A stretch of 64,000 bases of DNA from Candidatus Harrisonbacteria bacterium (GTDB lineage: Bacteria > Patescibacteriota > Minisyncoccia > UBA6257 > UBA11618). The stretch is from the NCBI GenBank assembly GCA_023244855.1, contig JAHFLO010000002.1:8017-72016 (forward strand), written 5' to 3'. The position numbers were made by a program, and so were the translations under genes. This document shows positions 28,279 through 35,506 of this stretch, one piece after another. The notes beneath the pieces are model-generated. The model did no database searches. It saw only the letters and a program-made list of their open reading frames with translations, and was not told the origin of the DNA. How positions within the stretch are numbered: position 1 is the stretch's first letter; every line of letters starts with the position of its first letter.

Positions 28279-29535
28279 ATGCCGCGCATCATCGCCGATC
28301 TGCAGATACATTCGAAGTACGCGCGGGCGGTTTCGCCGAAGATGGTTTTGGAGGAGCTGGACCGGTGGGCGGCCGATAAGGGGATTAATGTGATGGGTAC
28401 AGGTGACTTTACGCACCCCGCGTGGTTTGCGGAGATCGAGGAAAAGCTCGAGCCGGCCGAACGTGGTTTATATAAGTTAAAAGCCGAATATAAGTTGCCG
28501 CGCATGAATGGAACGCTGGCAGATACGCGTTTCATGCTCACGAGTGAAATTTCGAACGTATATACGCGCCACGGCAGGGGGCGGCGCGTGCATAACCTTA
28601 TTTGGGCGCCGAGTATTGAATCAGTTGAAAAGCTAAATACGGCGTTAAGTTGGGTGGGGAATTTAAAAAGCGACGGCAGGCCGATATTGGGATTGGATTC
28701 CGAAGAGCTCGTTAAGATGTGTTTAGATGCTGACCCTGATATCGCCGTTATTCCCGCGCACGCGTGGACGCCGTGGTTCGCTGTGTTCGGCTCCATGTCC
28801 GGCTTCGATACGCTTGAGGAGTGTTATGGGGACCACACGAAGCATATCTTTGCTATGGAGACCGGCTTGAGTTCCGACCCTATCATGAACTGGCGGTTAT
28901 CGCAGCTCGACAACGTCGCTATCGTATCAAATTCCGATTCGCATTCGCTCGAAAAAATCGGCCGCGAGGCGAATGTATTTGATTGCGAGCTTTCATATGC
29001 GGGGATAATCAAAGCAATTAAATCTTCCATTCCCGCTGCAAAAAAAGACCCAAAGAACAAGTTTTTATTCACTATCGAATTCTTTCCTGAGGAGGGGAAG
29101 TACCACTACGACGGGCATCGCCTATGCGGCGTTTCGTGGACGCCAGAAGAAACAAAAAAACACGGCGGCATATGTTCCGTATGCGGTAAGAAAGTGACTA
29201 TAGGCGTTATGAACCGTATGGACGCATTAGCTGACCGGCCGCTTGGATATGTCGACTCGCGTCGCACGCCGTATAAATCTATCGTGCCTCTACATGAAGT
29301 TATTCGCGATGCGCTCGCCGTAGGGAAGACCTCGAAGAAAATACCTGAAACGTACGCGAGCCTTATTAAAACCTTCGGCTCTGAGTTTGGTATACTGTTA
29401 GACGTGCCGGTTGCGGATATCGCAGTGAACCTTCCTCGTATAGCTGAAGCCGTGGGCCGCGTCCGGAGCGGGGATATAACGATAGTCCCCGGGTACGACG
29501 GCGAGTTTGGTCACGTATCCGTTTTTCCTAAATAA
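28279..29535 (+). CDS. PHP-domain endonuclease Q-like protein (TIGR00375 type)
   Basis: ADLQIHSKYARA, GTGDFTHP, PAHAWTPW, ETGLSSDP, SNSDSHS, GKYHYDGHRLC..CSVC, PGYDGEFG. Confidence 0.88.
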   Translation: MPRIIADLQIHSKYARAVSPKMVLEELDRWAADKGINVMGTGDFTHPAWFAEIEEKLEPAERGLYKLKAEYKLPRMNGTLADTRFMLTSEISNVYTRHGRGRRVHNLIWAPSIESVEKLNTALSWVGNLKSDGRPILGLDSEELVKMCLDADPDIAVIPAHAWTPWFAVFGSMSGFDTLEECYGDHTKHIFAMETGLSSDPIMNWRLSQLDNVAIVSNSDSHSLEKIGREANVFDCELSYAGIIKAIKSSIPAAKKDPKNKFLFTIEFFPEEGKYHYDGHRLCGVSWTPEETKKHGGICSVCGKKVTIGVMNRMDALADRPLGYVDSRRTPYKSIVPLHEVIRDALAVGKTSKKIPETYASLIKTFGSEFGILLDVPVADIAVNLPRIAEAVGRVRSGDITIVPGYDGEFGHVSVFPK

Positions 29536-29545
29536 ATTCGTATCA

Positions 29546-30199
29546 ATGAATATTTTCCATATCCGTTTTAATGCGGTCGTTAAGCGTTTTATTTGGGCGG
29601 ACCTTGTATGGCTCGCGGGGTGGGGATTATTGTCGCCGATTTTCGCGGTGTTCGTACTGCAGCAAATCCCGGGGGCGACAGTCGTCACTATCGGCACCGC
29701 GGCCGCTATTTACTGGATACTCAAATCTATCATCCAGATCCCTGTTGCTGTAGCTATTGACCGCACGGCCTCCGAGCGCGATGACTATCTCATGCTCGTC
29801 GTGAGCTTAATGCTCGCGGGGTTAACGTCCTTCAGTTATATCTTGGTGCATACAGTATGGCAGTTATACCTTGTGGAGGTTTTGCATGCCGTGAGCTTCG
29901 CTTTATATATTCCTTCGTGGAATGGAATATTCACCCGCCACTTAGATCCCAAGCACCGCGCGCTGGAGTTCGCGCTTGATAGTGGGGCGGTGGGGGTCGC
30001 GACGGGCGTCGCCGGCCTTTTAGGTAGTATCGTGATGCAGGCGTTCGGCTTCCAGATTATTTTTATAATCACAGCAGTGCTTTCTTTCACCGCCGCTATC
30101 ATTATTTTTAACAGCCCGAGTATCGTCTTCCCGCGTCACCGTAAAAGCCATGGAGAATCGTCCGGTGCCGACCATACCCCACGTAACCTCGGAAAGTAA
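29546..30199 (+). CDS. Half-size MFS transporter-like protein (about 6 TM)
   Basis: PIFAVFV, QIPVAVAIDR (motif A-like), six hydrophobic helices. Confidence 0.75.
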   Translation: MNIFHIRFNAVVKRFIWADLVWLAGWGLLSPIFAVFVLQQIPGATVVTIGTAAAIYWILKSIIQIPVAVAIDRTASERDDYLMLVVSLMLAGLTSFSYILVHTVWQLYLVEVLHAVSFALYIPSWNGIFTRHLDPKHRALEFALDSGAVGVATGVAGLLGSIVMQAFGFQIIFIITAVLSFTAAIIIFNSPSIVFPRHRKSHGESSGADHTPRNLGK

Positions 30200-30249
30200 G
30201 GGGGCTCTGGTTCTTTGACGGCTGATTTTTAGGGAAGTACAGTTGATGG

Positions 30250-31986
30250 ATGGATAACGGGCAGATTGCTAGGGTAATCAGGGAGGTTGGGGAATATATC
30301 CAAGTGGATGAGGGATTATCTTTCCGCGCCCGCGCGTACGATAGAGCTGCTGAGACCATAGAAAGCTTAGTTGAACCGCTTACTGATACGTATGCCAAGG
30401 GCGGTATGACGGCTCTTATGGGTATTAAGGGTATTGGCCGCGGCTTGGGCGATGCGCTCGAGGAAATTATTACGACGGGCAAGTCTTCTCTCCACGAGGA
30501 GCTTAAGCGCGCGCTCCCGATAGACCTGCCAGCACTTAACAGTGTGCAGGGCTTAGGGCCGCAGAAGATTCGCGTTTTATATAAGGAGTTAAAAATTAAA
30601 AACTTAGAGGATTTAGAAAGGGCGGCGACTGCGGGGCAGATCCGCGTCCTTACAGGATTCGGCGAAAAGAGCGAGGAGAAGATTTTACGCGGCGTAGAAT
30701 TTTTAAAGCGCGGCGCGGGGCGTATGCTTTTAGGTGATGTATTACCATGGGGACGGAACTTGGAAAAAGAACTTTTAAAATTAAAGGGTGTGCGTAAAGC
30801 GACGCTGGCGGGGTCCGCTCGCCGCAGACGCGAAACCGTGGGGGACTTAGATATGCTTGTGGTGGCGGACGATGCGTCGCCAGTTATGGATTATTTTATT
30901 GCTATGCCGGACGTGGAGGAGATATTGGCGAATGGCCCAACGAAATCTGCCGTGCGTTTAAAAAACGGCTTGCAGGTGGATTTGCGCGTCGTCCCCGCGG
31001 AGTCGTACGGAGCGGCACTTAATTACTTTACCGGTTCGCGCGATCATAATATTGTCTTGCGCCAGATCGCGCAGGATAAAGGGTTGAAGCTTAACGAGTA
31101 CGGATTGTTCCATGGCGACGTGGCTATCGCAGGCTTTACCGAAGAAGGGATTTATGCGGCGCTCGGTTTGGAATTCGTGCCGCCTGAATTACGCGAAAAT
31201 GGGGGTGAGGTTGAGCTTGCGCGTGACTCTGCGTTACCCGTACTTATCGGTTATAGCGACCTCTGCGGCGACCTGCAGGTGCAGACCAGTTGGACGGACG
31301 GCGTGCATTCCATAGACGAAATGGCGGAAGCTGCAATGGCCGCGGGGCTGGACTATATGGTCGTGACCGACCACACGAAGCGGCTCGCGATGATGGGCGG
31401 TTTAGACGAAAAAAAGATTCGCTTGCAGATGAAAGAAATAGACGCCGTAAACGAACGTCTTATGTCTGCAGGGAAAAAGTTTAAAGTACTTAAGGGTAGT
31501 GAGTGCGATATATTGAAAGATGGTTCGCTTGATTTGCCGGACGACGTGCTCTGCGAGCTCGATGTGGTGGGTGTTTCGATTCATTCGTATTTCGATTTGC
31601 CGCGCGACGAGCAGACGACGCGCGTAATAAAAGCGATTACGAACCCGCATGCCGATATTTTCTTCCACCCTACGGCGCGCAAGATCAATGCGCGCCCCGC
31701 GTGCGATTTCGATATGGAGGCGGTGCTCGATGCGGCGGCAAAAGCGGGGACGGTGATGGAGGTGGATGCGTTTCCTGATCGGCTCGACCTATCCGCCGAA
31801 TACATCCGTATGTGCGTGAAGCGGGGTATAAAGCTTGCGATAGATTCGGATGCTCATGACAGGGCGCACTTTTCTGTGCTAGAGTACGGTATTGCACAGG
31901 CCCGTAGGGGATGGGCGCAGAAGGAGGATATTGTAAACGCATGGCCCGTGGAGAAAATGCTCGGCATGCTTAAAAAGAGCGCATAG
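30250..31986 (+). CDS. polX: DNA polymerase X with PHP domain
   Basis: FRARAY, GIKGIG, GLGPQK, AGSARR, GDLDML, YFTGSRDHN, LNEYGLF, TDH, SDAH. Confidence 0.95.
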   Translation: MDNGQIARVIREVGEYIQVDEGLSFRARAYDRAAETIESLVEPLTDTYAKGGMTALMGIKGIGRGLGDALEEIITTGKSSLHEELKRALPIDLPALNSVQGLGPQKIRVLYKELKIKNLEDLERAATAGQIRVLTGFGEKSEEKILRGVEFLKRGAGRMLLGDVLPWGRNLEKELLKLKGVRKATLAGSARRRRETVGDLDMLVVADDASPVMDYFIAMPDVEEILANGPTKSAVRLKNGLQVDLRVVPAESYGAALNYFTGSRDHNIVLRQIAQDKGLKLNEYGLFHGDVAIAGFTEEGIYAALGLEFVPPELRENGGEVELARDSALPVLIGYSDLCGDLQVQTSWTDGVHSIDEMAEAAMAAGLDYMVVTDHTKRLAMMGGLDEKKIRLQMKEIDAVNERLMSAGKKFKVLKGSECDILKDGSLDLPDDVLCELDVVGVSIHSYFDLPRDEQTTRVIKAITNPHADIFFHPTARKINARPACDFDMEAVLDAAAKAGTVMEVDAFPDRLDLSAEYIRMCVKRGIKLAIDSDAHDRAHFSVLEYGIAQARRGWAQKEDIVNAWPVEKMLGMLKKSA

Positions 31987-31998
31987 CGCTATACAACT

Positions 31999-32502
31999 AT
32001 GGAAAAGAAGGATTACACCAAGGTGATATCCGCCGGCATCATCATATTCCGGCGCGTCGAAGGGGAACTTAAGTTCCTATTCCTCTACCGCAGTCGCGGT
32101 ACGTGGGATTTTCCGCGCGGGCGCATGGAGGAGGGGGAGCGGAGCTGGCAGACGGCATTCCGCGAGGTTGGTGAAGAAACGGGCTTGCGGCGCAGTGAGC
32201 TCATAATGCATCCTAACTTCAAGGTATACGAGAAGTTCCCTTACATGAGCGAGGGTAAGCGGATATTCAAGGTGGTTATTTTCTATCTTGCGGAGACCAC
32301 GCAGTCGCGCGTGAGGATATCGTCCGAGCATGAGGGGTATGGGTGGTTTTCGTACCCGGAGGCACGGAAGGCGTTGTCCCGCTACAAGGCGCGCGTGGAA
32401 ATATTGCGTAAGGCGATGGAGGCGATAGAAGCCGCGGGGCAGGGGGGCGCAACGGTTGCTGAGCAGGTTCCGCCCGAACCCGTGGCAGATTCGCTCGAAT
32501 AA
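31999..32502 (+). CDS. NUDIX hydrolase (Ap4A hydrolase-like)
   Basis: SAGIII, WDFPRGRMEEGERSWQTAFREVGEETGL Nudix box, SSEHEGYGW. Confidence 0.9.
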   Translation: MEKKDYTKVISAGIIIFRRVEGELKFLFLYRSRGTWDFPRGRMEEGERSWQTAFREVGEETGLRRSELIMHPNFKVYEKFPYMSEGKRIFKVVIFYLAETTQSRVRISSEHEGYGWFSYPEARKALSRYKARVEILRKAMEAIEAAGQGGATVAEQVPPEPVADSLE

Positions 32503-32530
32503 AAATACCGCCTGCGTGGCGGTATTTTTT
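32501..32530. terminator. Bidirectional terminator
   Basis: AAAAATACCGCC-TGCGT-GGCGGTATTTTT between convergent genes. Confidence 0.8.
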
Positions 32531-32874
32531 TAGCGAGCGCTGTCGACTACTGCCTTGAAGGCTTCGGGGTTGTGCTCGGCGATGTCTGCGAGCACCTTAC
32601 GGTCGAGTTCGATTTTTTTAAGTTTCAAGGCAGCAATGAGATTCTTGTAGGTAACTCCCAGCGCGCGGCCGGCGGCATTAATCTTTACCGTCCATAAGGA
32701 GCGCATAACGCGCTTCTTTTCTTTACGGCCGCGGAAGGCGTGCGTCCATGCGTGAAGCAAGGCTTCTTTAGCGGCACGCTCTTTGGACTTACGTCCCCAG
32801 CGGAACCCCTTGGTATAGGCGAGAACCTTTTCGCGTCGTTTGTGGGCATTTACGCCACGCTTTACTCTTGTCAT
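32530..32874 (-). CDS. rplT: 50S ribosomal protein L20
   Basis: MTRVKRG, RKEKKRVMRSLWTVKINAA, LDRKVLADIA. Confidence 0.97.
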   Translation of the reverse strand: MTRVKRGVNAHKRREKVLAYTKGFRWGRKSKERAAKEALLHAWTHAFRGRKEKKRVMRSLWTVKINAAGRALGVTYKNLIAALKLKKIELDRKVLADIAEHNPEAFKAVVDSAR

Positions 32875-32878
32875 GGTA

Positions 32879-33067
32879 TTAGTTCTTGGTAGTTAAATTA
32901 CGAAGCATCTGCTTAACATCTACGCCCTCTATGGCGTGCGCACCGCGCTTACGGTGGAGTTGGACACCGCGCTTTTTAGCGCGGCAGTGACCCTGCCCCA
33001 TAGTGCGGTGCATGAGCTTGCCCGTTTTCGTAAGGCGTATGCGTTTAACGACAGATTTACGTGCCAT
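32879..33067 (-). CDS. rpmI: 50S ribosomal protein L35
   Basis: KSVVKRIRLTKTGK; between infC and rplT. Confidence 0.9.
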   Translation of the reverse strand: MARKSVVKRIRLTKTGKLMHRTMGQGHCRAKKRGVQLHRKRGAHAIEGVDVKQMLRNLTTKN

Positions 33068-33128
33068 ATCGAAGTTTTATGATTATAGATGATTTTTCCC
33101 AAAAGGGCAATATATGCTGCTTGTGGGA

Positions 33129-33635
33129 TTATTTCGTGGGGACAATCTGTGTCTGGATGCCGCGCCCCATGAACTTGGGCGGGGCGATTACGCGGTGCGG
33201 GGAGAGCATAGTGAGGAATTTCTTAAGCTGTTCGTGCGCGTATTCCTGGTTACCCTTTTCGCGGCCACGGAGCGTGAGCACGATGTTGATAGAGTGACCC
33301 GCTGCCATGAACTTATTGAGGAGCTTCGCCTTAACCTGCAGGTCGTTCGTTGCCGTGCGCCCCGAAAGCTGAATACGCTTAATATCGAGGTTCTTTTGGG
33401 CGATGCGCTGCTTCTTCCGCTTCTTCTCCTCTTGGTAGCGGAACTTGTCGTAGCTCATGATGCGCGCCACAGGCGGCTTGGCGAGCGGGGATATCTCAAT
33501 AACGTCGATGTTCGTTGCGTCGGCGATCTTAATCGCGTCGTCTAAGGACATTACGCCGAGGCTTGTGCCGTCTTCCCCAATAACCAAAAGCTCTTTGGCG
33601 GTTATCTCCCGATTGATTTTTACGTTAGTAGTAAT
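33129..33635 (-). CDS. infC: Translation initiation factor IF-3 with ATT start
   Basis: Frame extends to ATT 33635 (ITTNVKINREITAKELLVIG), PPVARIMSYDKFRY, LRGRE; AUU start is established for infC. Confidence 0.93.
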   Translation of the reverse strand: MTTNVKINREITAKELLVIGEDGTSLGVMSLDDAIKIADATNIDVIEISPLAKPPVARIMSYDKFRYQEEKKRKKQRIAQKNLDIKRIQLSGRTATNDLQVKAKLLNKFMAAGHSINIVLTLRGREKGNQEYAHEQLKKFLTMLSPHRVIAPPKFMGRGIQTQIVPTK

Positions 33636-33685
33636 ACGCCTATAGTACTAGGATTTTGTGTTCTGGTCAATGAATCCTCAGGGTT

Positions 33686-33904
33686 TTAGAGCTTTTGGAG
33701 TTCTTTAAGGTCGTGGTCGGGTGCATAGAGCAGTATGAGGCCGATTACGAAGCCAATACCCGCGGCAAGGAGGGTGTGGTCTATGCCGATCATAGTTTCT
33801 AAGATATCGAGTCCGTGCCATACGCCGCGCCACACGAGCACGAGCCCGATCACGACATTGATATTCCGTATAAAGTACGAGGGTTGCGATGTGTTTTCGG
33901 TCAT
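33686..33904 (-). CDS. Small 2-TM hypothetical protein
   Basis: ATG 33904 lies 7 nt after TATACT; GLVLVWRGVWHGLD motif. Confidence 0.65.
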   Translation of the reverse strand: MTENTSQPSYFIRNINVVIGLVLVWRGVWHGLDILETMIGIDHTLLAAGIGFVIGLILLYAPDHDLKELQKL

Positions 33905-33970
33905 AAGAATAAGTATATCATTTTGATAAAAAAGCTTGTTTAGCTCGGTAATATCGTCCATACTTGCCGC

Positions 33971-34417
33971 ATGGAGCAGACGTCGATAACTAATCGCAAG
34001 GCGCGTTTTAATTACGAAATACTCGATTCTCGCGAGGCGGGTATCGAGCTTTTTGGCTACGAAGCTAAGTCCCTGAAGGCGAGTCATGCGGATATTACGG
34101 GCGCGCACGTTACGATCCGTGGCGGTGAAGCGTGGCTCTTAAACATGAATGTGCGGCCGTATCAGGAAAACAACGTGCCAAAAGATTACGATCCGCTTCG
34201 TCCGCGTCGCTTACTCCTAAAGAAAGAAGAAATCGCAGAACTCGAAGCGCAGGTACGCACGGCTAACTTGACAATCGTGCCAATTCGGGTTTATAGTAAG
34301 GGGCGTCTCGTGAAGATCGAAATAGGTCTCGGAAGAGGCAAGAAGAAAGCCGATAAGCGCGAGGCGATCAAAAAACGGGAGTGGTCTAGGCTTCGACGGA
34401 ACATTGAAACGAAATAA
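33971..34417 (+). CDS. smpB: SsrA-binding protein SmpB
   Basis: NRKARFNY, EAGIELFGYEAKSL, RPRRLLL, GRGKKKADKR. Confidence 0.97.
   Translation: MEQTSITNRKARFNYEILDSREAGIELFGYEAKSLKASHADITGAHVTIRGGEAWLLNMNVRPYQENNVPKDYDPLRPRRLLLKKEEIAELEAQVRTANLTIVPIRVYSKGRLVKIEIGLGRGKKKADKREAIKKREWSRLRRNIETK
34268..34297 (+). promoter_or_regulatory. Putative tmRNA promoter embedded in smpB
   Basis: TTGACA 34268-34273, 18-nt spacer, TATAGT 34292-34297, about 80 nt before the tmRNA 5' end. Confidence 0.55.
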
Positions 34418-34726
34418 GCAAGCCGAGTTAGCACGCACACTCGTAAAACGGCGCGCACAAGATTAATTGCCAACGCATTTAGTCGCCAGCCTGAGCTCGC
34501 ATACGCGTAGCTTAGGGATCTCTTCCTAACTCCTGCTAGGGAATCAAGAGGTCTTATACCGCAGGATAGCGATTACGGACTGGTGACGTAAGAGCAAAAC
34601 TAAGCCAGTAAGGCGTGCGTGGTTTCTGGTATGTCTAAGCCACGCCGCATGAACCGACATACCTACGCTTGTAGAAAGTTTCGGACTGATATGCTTCGGA
34701 TCGGGGTTCGATTCCCCGCACTTCCA
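34377..34726 (+). ncRNA. ssrA: tmRNA
   Basis: Acceptor GGGAGTG/CACTTCC with G3:U70, 5' GGCTTCGAC motif, T-arm CGGGGTTCGATTCCCCG, tag frame 34469-34510 ANAFSRQPELAYA*; CCA not fully encoded. Confidence 0.93.
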
Positions 34727-34729
34727 CAA

Positions 34730-34763
34730 AAACAAAACATCCTCGCAAGAGGATGTTTTGTTT
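34730..34763 (+). terminator. Terminator after tmRNA
   Basis: AAACAAAACATCCTC-GCAA-GAGGATGTTTTGTTT. Confidence 0.85.
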
Positions 34764-34835
34764 AGTCATAAAAAATGCGCCCGACCGGAAGAGGTGGTTG
34801 GGCGCGTGTTGCGGAGCGTTATAGGGGGCGGATGC

Positions 34836-35351
34836 CTATCCCCACAGTTTTTCCCATAGGTTGGGCATCGTTCCGTTGGTCGGTTTTTCGCCGTCAACGA
34901 AGAAGTCTGGTCCCGCTCCGTCGAGATGCGTGCTGAGCAGATCGCATTGGTTCTTGCAGATTCTTCTTTTGTTTGCGCGCCGCCATGGCCCGATAACTCC
35001 GACTTTCTTGAGCGTTCCGGGTTGAGCTTCGTTCAAAAGGGTTAGCGTGTAGAGAAGCATAGCAACGCAATCATCTTTGGCGAGTGCGTAAGTATCCTCC
35101 TGTCGCGTCGTCGTGCGAGGGCTAATGAAGATCAGTGTGTCGAACGTGAGTTCGCTTTTTGTTAGGCGCTCGATGTCCTCACGTCGCGGAAAATACCACG
35201 TGAAGTATCCTCCTTCCGCATCCGGCGGATTGTCCGAGTTTAGCCAGCGAAGGCTGAGTTCATTATTCAAGAAATCTTCGGCTTCTGTTGCGCCATCCCT
35301 CATGTCGGTGATGTTGCCGATAAGAAGCACTCTTTGGCCTTGATGGTTCAT
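34836..35351 (-). CDS. Orphan hypothetical protein
   Basis: 171-aa ORF with AAAGGA upstream and a hairpin downstream; no recognisable motif. Confidence 0.55.
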   Translation of the reverse strand: MNHQGQRVLLIGNITDMRDGATEAEDFLNNELSLRWLNSDNPPDAEGGYFTWYFPRREDIERLTKSELTFDTLIFISPRTTTRQEDTYALAKDDCVAMLLYTLTLLNEAQPGTLKKVGVIGPWRRANKRRICKNQCDLLSTHLDGAGPDFFVDGEKPTNGTMPNLWEKLWG

Positions 35352-35506
35352 GCGAGGTTCCTTTGCGTGTGGGGTAGGTGTAGGAGGTAACCCTCCGTAT
35401 TCAGGTGGAAACGAACGCCGTTATTATACGGAACATTTCAATTTTAGTAAAGGGCTTTCGCCGTTGAAAAGTATGGGGTTTTAGTCGTATCATTCGATGT
35501 ATTCCA

